From Actinomycetes bacterium (GTDB taxonomy: Bacteria; Actinomycetota; Acidimicrobiia; Acidimicrobiales; Acidimicrobilacustridaceae), in assembly GCA_029782025.1 (NCBI GenBank), contig JAKOVR010000013.1, positions 4,903-36,902 on the forward strand: a stretch of DNA of 32,000 nucleotides, in the 5' to 3' direction. Made by a program: the position numbers and the translations under genes. Under the pieces are notes generated by a model. The model was not told where the DNA came from. It did not search any database and saw only the letters and a program-made list of their open reading frames with translations. Positions 9,427-17,190 of the stretch are shown one piece after another (position 1 is the stretch's first letter; every line of letters begins with the position of its first letter).

Positions 9427-10540
9427 TGGCGCCCACCAGCAGGGCCCGGTTGAGGTCCGTGGCCGTCAGGATGCCGACGAGCTCGTCGCCGTCGAGCACG
9501 AGGGCCCGGGTGCCGCCGCTGGCGAGCAGGCGGGGCAGGAGGTCCACCACCGGCTCGGCCGGTTCGGCGCACACGACCCGGTCGATCGGCACGGCCACGG
9601 ACCCGATCGCCACCTGGCCGCGATCCCGGGGCGGCACGTCGCGCACCTGGTCGAGCGTCACCAGACCGATCGGACGGCCGTCCTCGTCCACCACCGGGTA
9701 GGCGGTGGCCCGGTTGCCGAGGACGTAGCGCTCCACGAACTCCTCGACGGGCACGCCGGCCGGGGCGGTGAGCACCGGCGACGACATGATCGCCGCGACG
9801 CGGATGCCGGCCAGCAGCTCCTGCTCGGCGACGACCTCGGCCTCGGCCCGGCTGGCCTGCAGCACGAACCAGCCGATGAAGGCCAGCCACAGGCCGCCCA
9901 GCGTCCCCGTCGACAGGAACTCGAGGAGGCCGAACGCGATCAGCACCGTCGACAGCATCCGGCTCACCGCTGCGGCCTGCTCGGTGGCCTTCACATGGTC
10001 GTCGTTGCGCATCCACAGCGCCGCCCGCAGCACCCGGCCACCGTCGAGCGGGAAGGCCGGGAGCAGGTTGAACAGGCCCAGCATCACGTTCATCGCCGCC
10101 AGCCACGCCAGGCCGTCGAGGACGAGGTCCGGCGCCCCGAGGGCGCTGGCGCCCACGGCGAGGGCGCCAGCCGCCGCCCCGAGGGCGATGCTCACGGCCG
10201 GGCCCACCACGGCGATCCGCAGCTCGTCCCGGCCCGACGACGACTCCCGTTCCAGCTTCGACACGCCGCCGAAGAGCCACAGCGTGATCGTCTTGACCTC
10301 CACGCCCAGGCGGCGGGCCACCAGCGAGTGGCCGAACTCGTGGGCCAGCAGCGACGCGAAGAACGCCGGGGTGACGGCGAGGGCCACGGCCCAGTAGGCC
10401 CAGGCCGGCTGGTCGGGCGAGTTCGCGGGCAGGATCGCCGCGGCCAGCGACCAGGCGATCAGGGCCACGGTCACGAGCAGGCTCCAGTTGGCCGTGATCT
10501 CGATGCCGAGGAGCCGTCCGATGCGGAAGGAGTCCTTCAT
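9398..10540 (-). CDS. Site-2-protease-type M50 zinc metalloprotease with C-terminal CBS pair
   Basis: ORF 9398..10540. HEFGHSLVARRLG (HExxH) and FNLLPAFPLDGGR (NxxPxxxLDG). The C-terminal half is CBS-like. SD GGAAAGGA lies upstream of the ATG. The 3' end overlaps the convergent gene by 29 nt. Confidence 0.88.
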   Translation of the reverse strand: MKDSFRIGRLLGIEITANWSLLVTVALIAWSLAAAILPANSPDQPAWAYWAVALAVTPAFFASLLAHEFGHSLVARRLGVEVKTITLWLFGGVSKLERESSSGRDELRIAVVGPAVSIALGAAAGALAVGASALGAPDLVLDGLAWLAAMNVMLGLFNLLPAFPLDGGRVLRAALWMRNDDHVKATEQAAAVSRMLSTVLIAFGLLEFLSTGTLGGLWLAFIGWFVLQASRAEAEVVAEQELLAGIRVAAIMSSPVLTAPAGVPVEEFVERYVLGNRATAYPVVDEDGRPIGLVTLDQVRDVPPRDRGQVAIGSVAVPIDRVVCAEPAEPVVDLLPRLLASGGTRALVLDGDELVGILTATDLNRALLVGAITHAEPTIR

Positions 10541-10579
10541 GTGTCGTCCTTTCCGTCCCGGCCGGACGTGGGACCCGCG

Positions 10580-10585
10580 TAGGGT
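10580..10585 (+). promoter_or_regulatory. Candidate -10 box (TAGGGT, TANNNT type) positioned for a leaderless or near-leaderless mRNA of the kinase gene
   Basis: TAGGGT lies 8 nt before ATG 10594. No SD is visible, and the divergent spacer is only 53 bp. Confidence 0.3.
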
Positions 10586-10593
10586 TCCCGACG

Positions 10594-12129
10594 ATGGACG
10601 AGCAGCCGGCCCGCGTCGTCGAGACCCACATCTCGGTGTTGTTCTTCGTGGGCGACCGCGCCTACAAGCTGAAGAAGCCCGTGCGGTTCCCGTTCCTCGA
10701 CCTCACCGATCGCGACCGGCGCACCGAGCTGTGCCACGCCGAAGTGGCGCTCAACCGGCGGCTGGCGCCCGACGTGTATCTCGGCGTGGCCGAGGTCCGG
10801 GGACCGGCGGCCGGCGAGGCGGAGTCGTTGGTGGTGATGCGCCGGATGCCCGACGACCGGCGGCTGTCGACGATGGTGGCGGCGTCGGACCCGCGGGTGC
10901 CCGCCGCCCTCGATGCGTTGGCCACGCTGCTGGCCGCGTTCCACGCCGCCGCCGACCGGTCGCCGGCCATCGACGCCGCCGGCGCGGTCGAGGCGGTGCT
11001 CGCCCGGTGGGAGGAGAACTTCGAGGAGCTGGCGGCCTTCGCCCGGGCGCCGGGTGACGCGGCGGCCGGCGTGGGGGTCGACGCCGGCGCCCTGGCGGAG
11101 GCCCGCCTGCTCGCCCACGGGCTGATCGCCGGGCGAGGGCCGCTCTACGCGTCGCGGGTGACGGCCGGCGCCATCGTCGACGGGCACGGCGACCTGCAGG
11201 CCGCCGACGTGTTCTGCCTCGACGACGGGCCCCGCGTGCTCGACTGCATCGAGTTCGACCCGGCGTTGCGCTACGGCGACGTGATCGACGACGTGGCCTT
11301 CCTGGTGATGGATCTCGAGCGCCTCGGCGCGGCCGACCTGGCGCGGCGGTTCCTCGACGCCTACCAGGTCGCGGCGGGAGCGGTGTTCCCCGCCGTCCTC
11401 CTCGACACCGCCATCGCCTACCGGGCCCAGGTCCGGGCCAAGGTGGCCTGCCTGCGGGCGGCACAGCAGCACGACGACCCGGTCGCCGCAGCCGGGGCGT
11501 GGGCCGAGGCCACGGCCGAGCTGGCGCTGTGCCGGCGTCACCTCGAGCGGGGACGGTCGGCGGTCGTGCTCGTCGGTGGGCTGCCCGGCACCGGCAAGTC
11601 CACGGTCGCGGCCGGGCTCCTGGCCCGCCACGAGCTCGGCGACGCCGACCTGGTGCGGTCCGACGCCATCCGCCGCGAGCTGGGCCTCGCCGGCCGGTAC
11701 GACGCCGAGTCGGTGGACGCCGTGTACCGGACGATGCTCGACCAGGCCCGGGTGGCCTTGGGCACGGGGCGGTCGGTGATCCTCGACGCCACGTGGTCGA
11801 GCCGGGCGCACCGTGCCGTCGCCCTCGCCATGGCCGACGAGTTCGCCGCCGCCGTGGTGCCGCTCCGGTGCGAGCTCGACGCGGCGGTGGCGGCGGCGAG
11901 GATCGAGAGGCGACGGGCCGAGGGGGTCGATCCGTCCGAGGCCACGCCGGCGGTGGCGGCGGCGCTGGCCGCGGGCGCCGACCCGTGGCCCGAGGCGACC
12001 GTGATCGACACGGCCGGGCCGGCCGACGCCGTGATCGACCGGGCCGCCGCGGTGGTGCGGGCCGCCGTTGACGAGCGAATCGAGAGGGTCGAGCGGGCGG
12101 CGCGGGTCGAGGGGGGCCGGCCGGCCTGA
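10594..12129 (+). CDS. Bifunctional phosphotransferase-like / P-loop ATP-binding protein (M. tuberculosis Rv2004c-like)
   Basis: ORF 10594..12129. N-terminus ETHISVLFFVGDRAYKLKKPVRFPFLDL with an APH-like kinase core (HGDLQAADVF). The C-terminal half carries the Walker A motif GGLPGTGKST. Confidence 0.82.
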   Translation: MDEQPARVVETHISVLFFVGDRAYKLKKPVRFPFLDLTDRDRRTELCHAEVALNRRLAPDVYLGVAEVRGPAAGEAESLVVMRRMPDDRRLSTMVAASDPRVPAALDALATLLAAFHAAADRSPAIDAAGAVEAVLARWEENFEELAAFARAPGDAAAGVGVDAGALAEARLLAHGLIAGRGPLYASRVTAGAIVDGHGDLQAADVFCLDDGPRVLDCIEFDPALRYGDVIDDVAFLVMDLERLGAADLARRFLDAYQVAAGAVFPAVLLDTAIAYRAQVRAKVACLRAAQQHDDPVAAAGAWAEATAELALCRRHLERGRSAVVLVGGLPGTGKSTVAAGLLARHELGDADLVRSDAIRRELGLAGRYDAESVDAVYRTMLDQARVALGTGRSVILDATWSSRAHRAVALAMADEFAAAVVPLRCELDAAVAAARIERRRAEGVDPSEATPAVAAALAAGADPWPEATVIDTAGPADAVIDRAAAVVRAAVDERIERVERAARVEGGRPA

Positions 12130-12149
12130 TCGGTGACGGGGGGTCGGGT

Positions 12150-13115
12150 TCACGGGCCCGGCCCCGGCCCGTCGCCGTGCGCGGCCGTCCGTCGGTCGGT
12201 GTCCGCTCGGCGCTCGGGTTCGTGCCGGCGCTCGGCCCCGGCCGTGCCGGCGGCCTCGGCCCCGGCCCCGGCTGTGCCGGCGGTCCCGGTCGCCGCGGGG
12301 GCGTCCACCGGGGTCGGCCGGACCAGCACCGGACAGGTGGCGTGGCGGACCATGCGGACGGCCACGCTGCCGAGGGCGGCGTGGACCAGGCCGTGGTGGG
12401 TGTGGGCGGCGGCGACGATGAGCGGGGCGTCGACCGCGGCGGCGTGGCGGGGGATCGCGGTGGCCGGGTTGAGGCCGTCCACGACGTGCAGCGCGGCGTG
12501 GGTGCCGCCGGCTTCGAGCCGTTCCACCAGCGCATGGGCCGCCTTGCGGGCGGCGGTGGCCGGCCGGTCGCCGAGGTAGGCGCCGTCGTGGTGCACCGCC
12601 ACGGTGACCACCATGGCGGTCCCGAGCCGGCGGGCCCAGGCGGCGGCATCGTCGGCGGCCCGGTCGGCGCCGGGGGAACCGTCGTAGGCGAGGACGATGG
12701 GCCCGCCCCGGGCCGGCGTCCATGCCGGGTCGAGGTGGGGGCCGGCGGCCAGCAGGGCCCGGTCGGTGGCGCCGATGACGGCTTCGACGACCCCCTCCCC
12801 GAGCGCCCGCAGCGCCGCGCCGGTGCGGGCGTGGGTCGGCAGCCACAGCAGGAGGGTCGGGTCGGCATCGAGGGCGCCGACGATCGCCGCGGCCGGGGCT
12901 CGGGGGTCGACCCGCAGGTCGACCGAGCCCGGTCCGCCGAGGTGGTAGCGGTCGGCCAGGCCGGCGAGGTAGGCCCGCTGGGCCGCCTCGGCCGGGTCGG
13001 CTTCGGCGATCAGCAGGGCGATCCCGGCGTCGAGGGCGCGGGCCAGGTGGGGGAGCGGTGTGAGCGCCAGCTCGGCCCGGGCCGACCCGTCGACGGGAGC
13101 GAGGATCGTGGTCAC
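12150..13115 (-). CDS. Tandem universal stress protein (two UspA domains) with low-complexity C-terminal tail
   Basis: Start is the in-frame GTG at 13115, preceded by GGAGG; the ORF-track start at 13256 lies inside a palindrome and has poor codons. Sequence TILAPVDGS...IVLAYDGSPGADRA...GSVAVRMVRHATCPVLV. Confidence 0.82.
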   Translation of the reverse strand: MTTILAPVDGSARAELALTPLPHLARALDAGIALLIAEADPAEAAQRAYLAGLADRYHLGGPGSVDLRVDPRAPAAAIVGALDADPTLLLWLPTHARTGAALRALGEGVVEAVIGATDRALLAAGPHLDPAWTPARGGPIVLAYDGSPGADRAADDAAAWARRLGTAMVVTVAVHHDGAYLGDRPATAARKAAHALVERLEAGGTHAALHVVDGLNPATAIPRHAAAVDAPLIVAAAHTHHGLVHAALGSVAVRMVRHATCPVLVRPTPVDAPAATGTAGTAGAGAEAAGTAGAERRHEPERRADTDRRTAAHGDGPGPGP

Positions 13116-13215
13116 GGTGTCACCTCCATCTCCATCCTCCGGCCCGCCGTCCCACGGTCGACAGGGGCCAACGGCCCAACCTCCCCCGTCCGTCCTCCCC
13201 TCGCCCCCCTCCTCC

Positions 13216-13263
13216 CGTCTGGATGCAGATCGACGCACATGTGTCGCTCCCTGCATCCAGACG
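13216..13263. promoter_or_regulatory. 48-bp composite palindrome, copy 1 (candidate operator) in the USP/bcp divergent promoter
   Basis: Sequence CGTCTGGATGCA-GATCGACGCACATGTGTCGCTCCC-TGCATCCAGACG. The 12-bp arms are perfect inverted repeats. A second copy lies at 17653-17700. Confidence 0.6.
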
Positions 13264-13306
13264 AGGGCGTGGGAACACCGGACGGAGGTGCGGGGTTGGC
13301 GACGGT

Positions 13307-13765
13307 ATGACGATCGCCAACGGTGCCCAGGCGCCCGACTTCGAGCTCCCGTCGGCCGGTGGGCCGATCCGCCTCTCCGACCACCGTGGGTCCTGGGTGG
13401 TGCTGTACTTCTACCCGGCCGACAACACCGCCGGCTGCACGGCCGAGGCCTGCAGCTTCCGCGACAACTACGAGGACTTCACCGACGCCGGTGCCGTGGT
13501 GATCGGGGTGAGCGGCGACTCGGTCACCTCCCACGAGGGCTTCGCGGCCAAGCACCGGCTGCCCTTCACCCTGGTGTCCGACACCGACGGCACCGCGCGG
13601 GCCGCGTACGGGGTGAAGAAGTCGCTCGGTCTGTTCGACGGCCGCGTCACCTTCGTCATCGACCCCGAGGGCGTCGTGCGCATGGTCTTCAGCTCGCAGA
13701 TCCGGGTCAAGGACCACGTGTCCAAGGCCCTCGAGGTCATCCGGGCCGCGTCCCCCGTCGCCTGA
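13307..13765 (+). CDS. bcp: Thiol peroxidase / peroxiredoxin, Bcp (PrxQ) type
   Basis: ATG 13307 lies within ORF 13223..13765. Sequence APDFELPS...VVLYFYPADNTAGCTAEAC, with the P-x3-T-x2-C active site plus a resolving Cys 5 residues later. Confidence 0.9.
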   Translation: MTIANGAQAPDFELPSAGGPIRLSDHRGSWVVLYFYPADNTAGCTAEACSFRDNYEDFTDAGAVVIGVSGDSVTSHEGFAAKHRLPFTLVSDTDGTARAAYGVKKSLGLFDGRVTFVIDPEGVVRMVFSSQIRVKDHVSKALEVIRAASPVA

Positions 13766-13779
13766 CCGCCGCCGCCACC

Positions 13780-13826
13780 CCTTGGGTGCGTAAGGGCGCG
13801 CATAGCGCACCCTCACGCACCCAAGG
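13780..13826. repeat. REP-like palindromic element, divergent copy A
   Basis: CCTTGGGTGCGTAAGGGCGCGC-ATA-GCGCACCCTCACGCACCCAAGG, with 20 of 22 positions pairing. The outer arm is related to the CCGTGGGTGCGCAATG arms at 20812 and 21836. It lies between convergent bcp and the secreted-protein gene. Confidence 0.6.
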
Positions 13827-13844
13827 ACGGTTGGGTCGGGGGCG

Positions 13845-15266
13845 TCAGCCGGTGAAGGCCGGCGTGACCACGGGGGCGCGGGGCGCCGTGGTCGACGTCG
13901 TGGTGGTCGGCCCGGTCCACGGCGGGACGTCGGCGATCACCGACGACGCCGGCGTGGACAGCCGTCGCCGCCCCTCGATGCTCGTCTCGCCGCCGTCGAT
14001 GGGCAGCGCGGCGTCGGACGCCGGTGCGCTGTGCAGCAGGCCGCCGCCGAGCTCGATCCCACCGTGTGACTGGCAGAGGCAGAAGCCCACGTCGAGGTTG
14101 TCGGCTGGCCCCTCGAGCGAGAGGCGGAGCGATCGGCCGTTGGTCGCCCCCGCGTCGCGGCTCAACGTGAACGGGTGACCCATCCAGCCGAAGGCGATGT
14201 CCACCCCCACGGGGGCGGGCCACCCGTCGTTCCACCCGTCAGCCGTGAGGGTGCGCTGCCGGTACGGATCGGGGACGTCGGCGATCTCCGGGCGGATGAA
14301 GGCGTTCAGGGCCTTGGCCGGCATGGGGTCGGGCCAGGTGGTCACCACGAACCCGCCGATGAAGCTGAACGGTCCGGAGAACGGCGGGTTGCCCGCCGGG
14401 TTGCGCACCTGCAGGATCCGATCGATCCGAGGCTCGGAGCGGGAGAGCTCGTAGCCCACCCGGAGGTACACCGGCCGGCGGATCCCGTCGGGGAACAGCC
14501 AGTCCTCGTGGCAGCCCGTGGTGGTGGTCCAGGGGAAGTGGCCGCCGGCCCGCTTCACCAGCCGGGCTTCGTACACCAGTCGAAGCCCGTCGGCCGTGGG
14601 CGTGACCTCGATCGGGTCGACGTGGTCGAGCGCGCCGAGGGCCCCCGGATCACAGAGCTTCCACCAGGGGATCCCCGGGTAGGTGTAGGTGCCGGCCTCG
14701 TCGAGGGAGAACTGGGAGCACCAGCTGCCGGTGGTCGTGCAGGCCGGATCGTCGTCGGGTTGGGCCGTCCCGTTCGGCATCTCGATGTGCTCGGCCCCGC
14801 GGTAGCCGGGGGGCCAGGCGCCGTCACCCCGCTCGCCGACCACCAGCTGGTTGATGGGTCGCCCGTCGGTGTCCCGCATGGTGAACGAACGGTCCCCCGA
14901 GGTCGTCGGCGCCAGCCACCACAGACCGTTGAGCTTGCCGTAGAACCCGGTCTCGTCGATCCAGGCCACCGCAGCATCGGTGACGATCAGCCGGTCGTCG
15001 GCGCGGGGCCCGTCTGGGGCACCGGGGGCGAACCCGAGACCGAGCAGCGCCTCGGCGCCGAGTTCGGCCGCCCGGAGGTCCGTGAGACCGGAGAGGTTGG
15101 TCAGCGCGGGGAGCGGCGGGCGCGGGGCGTCGGCAACGGCCCCGGCGACCGTTCCGGCGGCCGGACCGCCCGGCGCAGCCTGGGCCACCGGGGGCCGAAG
15201 GCCGGCGCTCGCCGTGGTGACCAGCATGGCCACGAGGGCCGCGACCCAGGTGTGGTGGTTCGGCAC
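13845..15266 (-). CDS. Secreted hypothetical protein (473 aa), signal peptide, Thr/Pro-rich C-terminus
   Basis: ORF 13845..15266 with a GTG start. N-terminus MPNHHTWVAALVAMLVTTASAGLRPPVAQA-AP looks like a Sec signal. Several Cys pairs and high GC3. I recognise no family. Confidence 0.65.
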   Translation of the reverse strand: MPNHHTWVAALVAMLVTTASAGLRPPVAQAAPGGPAAGTVAGAVADAPRPPLPALTNLSGLTDLRAAELGAEALLGLGFAPGAPDGPRADDRLIVTDAAVAWIDETGFYGKLNGLWWLAPTTSGDRSFTMRDTDGRPINQLVVGERGDGAWPPGYRGAEHIEMPNGTAQPDDDPACTTTGSWCSQFSLDEAGTYTYPGIPWWKLCDPGALGALDHVDPIEVTPTADGLRLVYEARLVKRAGGHFPWTTTTGCHEDWLFPDGIRRPVYLRVGYELSRSEPRIDRILQVRNPAGNPPFSGPFSFIGGFVVTTWPDPMPAKALNAFIRPEIADVPDPYRQRTLTADGWNDGWPAPVGVDIAFGWMGHPFTLSRDAGATNGRSLRLSLEGPADNLDVGFCLCQSHGGIELGGGLLHSAPASDAALPIDGGETSIEGRRRLSTPASSVIADVPPWTGPTTTTSTTAPRAPVVTPAFTG

Positions 15267-15293
15267 CGGACCATCATGGCGCGATCTCCCCTC

Positions 15294-15299
15294 TACGAT
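15294..15299 (+). promoter_or_regulatory. Candidate -10 box (TACGAT) for the SGNH hydrolase gene
   Basis: TACGAT lies 8 nt before ATG 15308 with no SD. The divergent spacer is only 41 bp. Confidence 0.3.
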
Positions 15300-15307
15300 C
15301 AGCGGCG

Positions 15308-16120
15308 ATGATCAGCAGGCCCCGACGCGCCCTCCTCGTGGCCGGGTTGGTGGTGGTGCTCCTGGCGCTCGGCACCCTCCCGGCGTCGGCGGTGCGCCCG
15401 GTTCGGGTGTCCTACTTCGGCGACTCGGTGGCCTTCACCTACGTCTTCGGGGTCACCGAGGCCGGCACCGCCGCCTTCGAGTCCGGCGCGCTGGTCATGG
15501 TGCCGGGGTCGGCCCGCATGGGCTGCCCGGTCGCCCGCTACGCCCGCGGCCACCCGGGTGGGTTCAACCCCGAAGGCGACACCGACCCGGCCTGTGACTG
15601 GTCGCGGGACGTGACGTGGGAAGGGGACCCGGTCCCCGGCTTCACCCACGTGGTCCAGACCAACCCGACCGACATCGCCGTCCTCATGTACTGCGGCTGG
15701 GACACGGCCCAGAAGCGGATCCCCACCGGCCCCGGCACCTGGGACACCGAGTTCCGCACGATCGGCGACCCGGCCTTCGACGCCTACCTCCAGCGCGAGC
15801 TGGTGGGGATGGCCGATGCGCTGTTCGCCGGCGGGGCCCGGGTCGTGGCCTTTGCCACCTGCGGGTCGCTCCGGAGCCCGAAGACCGGCGAGCCGATCCC
15901 GGCCAACGAAGGGATCGGCAAGTGGATGGACCTGCTGCGCCACCAACCCGAGATCGACCCTCGGGTGGCGGTCATCGACTTCGGGGCCTGGCTCGATCAG
16001 CAGGAGATCCCGCTGGCCAACCGGCCCGACGGGGTCCACTTCAGTGCCGTCGGCGCTCGACTCGCCGCCGACGACTACCTCGACCAGCAGATCCTGGCCC
16101 TGGCCCGCGCCGCCGGCTGA
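15308..16120 (+). CDS. Secreted SGNH/GDSL-family hydrolase
   Basis: ORF 15308..16120. Signal-like N-terminus MISRPRRALLVAGLVVVLLALGTLPASA, block I YFGDSV and block V DGVHFS. Confidence 0.75.
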   Translation: MISRPRRALLVAGLVVVLLALGTLPASAVRPVRVSYFGDSVAFTYVFGVTEAGTAAFESGALVMVPGSARMGCPVARYARGHPGGFNPEGDTDPACDWSRDVTWEGDPVPGFTHVVQTNPTDIAVLMYCGWDTAQKRIPTGPGTWDTEFRTIGDPAFDAYLQRELVGMADALFAGGARVVAFATCGSLRSPKTGEPIPANEGIGKWMDLLRHQPEIDPRVAVIDFGAWLDQQEIPLANRPDGVHFSAVGARLAADDYLDQQILALARAAG

Positions 16121-16123
16121 CCC

Positions 16124-16180
16124 GGCGCACCGCAGGCGCACCGCGGGCGCACCGCGTCCGACCGTCCGACCGCTCGACCG
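16124..16180. repeat. Two adjacent tandem arrays: 3 x 11 bp (GGCGCACCGCR) then 3 x 8 bp (YYCGACCG)
   Basis: GGCGCACCGCA GGCGCACCGCG GGCGCACCGCG TCCGACCG TCCGACCG CTCGACCG. These fill 57 of the 64 bp between two convergent stop codons. Confidence 0.85.
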
Positions 16181-16184
16181 GGCG

Positions 16185-16844
16185 TCAGGCGGCGTGGCCG
16201 GCGAGGCGGTCGCGCAGCGGCTGGCGCCACTCGTGGGCCAGCGCGGGGTGGGCGGCCAGGGCGGCGACGAGGTCTCGGTGCTCGAGGTGGCGATCGCCCA
16301 TCGCGACGTGGGCGTCGTGGACGGTGAGCCGTGCCTCGTCGAGCTGCTCCACTTCGATGGGCGAGCCCACCGTGACCTCGGCCGGCTCCAGCACCCGGAG
16401 GTACCAGCCGGTGCGGCCGGTGCTGCGCATCATGCCCTGGATGTCGGCCCGTTGGCGGTACACGGCCAGCTTGCTGCAGGGCCAGCGGGGCTGGCACACC
16501 TCGAGCAACGCGTCGTCCCACCGCCATCGGTCACCGATGTTCACGTCAGTCTCCATCGCGCCGCGCGTCGAGAGGTTCTCACCGAAGGGGGCGTCGCCCA
16601 GGGCCTCGCCGAGGTCGGCCTCCCACGCCGGCAGGTGCTCGGAGGGGTAGGCGTACACCGCCTTCTCGGGCCCTCCGTGGACGCTGAGGTCGGCCTGCGC
16701 GTCGCCGGCGAGGTTGCCGGACGAGAGCCACAGCCGGGTGCCGAGAGGAACCGGGTGCTTGGCGATGGCGCTGTAGATGCGTGTGCCGTTGCGCTCGGCG
16801 AGCACGCTCGGTTGGCCGACGTTGACGGTGACCACCTCGATCAT
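16185..16844 (-). CDS. MOSC domain protein (YiiM-like)
   Basis: ORF 16185..16844. Motifs GDAQADLSVHGGPEKAVYAY, GENLST.G, and CQPRWPCSKL with the conserved MOSC Cys. An internal GTG 9 nt downstream is an alternative start. Confidence 0.85.
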   Translation of the reverse strand: MIEVVTVNVGQPSVLAERNGTRIYSAIAKHPVPLGTRLWLSSGNLAGDAQADLSVHGGPEKAVYAYPSEHLPAWEADLGEALGDAPFGENLSTRGAMETDVNIGDRWRWDDALLEVCQPRWPCSKLAVYRQRADIQGMMRSTGRTGWYLRVLEPAEVTVGSPIEVEQLDEARLTVHDAHVAMGDRHLEHRDLVAALAAHPALAHEWRQPLRDRLAGHAA

Positions 16845-16896
16845 CTCCGCAGCCTGTCAGATGCCCGACGGCGACACCGACCCCCGGGGCATCCGG

Positions 16897-17190
16897 TCAC
16901 GGTGCGACGGGCGGCCGGAGACGGGGAGGGCGGGGCGCCCCGTTCGGCATGATGAGGGTGATCGCCCGTTCGGGGCAGGCGCTCGCACCGAGCAGGGCCG
17001 AGTAGGCGTGCTCGTCGGGCACGTCGAGCAGGTGCAGGTCGAGGTGGCCGTCGGCGTCGAGCGGGTACACCTCGGGGGCGAACTGGTGGCAGTTGCCCCA
17101 TCCCTGGCAGAGCCCGGGATGGGCCCGCACCCGCACCCCCGTGCCGTCGGCGGTGGCGTCGTCGCCGGGGGCGACCTCCCGCTCGCTCAT
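16897..17190 (-). CDS. Small single-cluster ferredoxin (3Fe-4S/4Fe-4S type)
   Basis: ATG 17190 overlaps the rrf2 stop (ATGA). Sequence MSEREV...CQGWGNCHQFAPEVYPLD...ACPERAI. It lies in the tail of ORF 16897..17646. Confidence 0.8.
   Translation of the reverse strand: MSEREVAPGDDATADGTGVRVRAHPGLCQGWGNCHQFAPEVYPLDADGHLDLHLLDVPDEHAYSALLGASACPERAITLIMPNGAPRPPRLRPPVAP

Noticed and set aside
10553-10575. CCGTCCC-N10-GGGRCC is shared by the M50/kinase spacer (10553-10575) and the USP promoter (13147-13169).
   Set aside because: The half-sites are 5-6 nt GC-only words (GGACGG and GTCCC recur in many places, including REP flanks). Chance expectation is high at this base composition, and the inverted symmetry is imperfect.
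12215-12290. Imperfect tandem DNA repeats (GGCCCCGGCC(G/C)TGCCGGCGG) near the 3' end of the USP gene.
   Set aside because: They lie within the coding sequence and encode the low-complexity GTAGTAGAGAEAAGTAGA tail. There is no evidence of an independent function.
13223-13306. N-terminal extensions that start at ATGs inside the 48-bp palindromes (MQIDAHVS.. for bcp at 13223, MQGATHVR.. for USP at 13256, MQRATHVS.. for thiolase at 17660). All three are in frame with the downstream genes.
   Set aside because: The extensions use low-GC3 codons, unlike the genes. Better starts with SDs or conserved N-termini exist downstream. The peptide similarity is just the DNA repeat being translated. The shared frame is probably chance plus the lack of stops.
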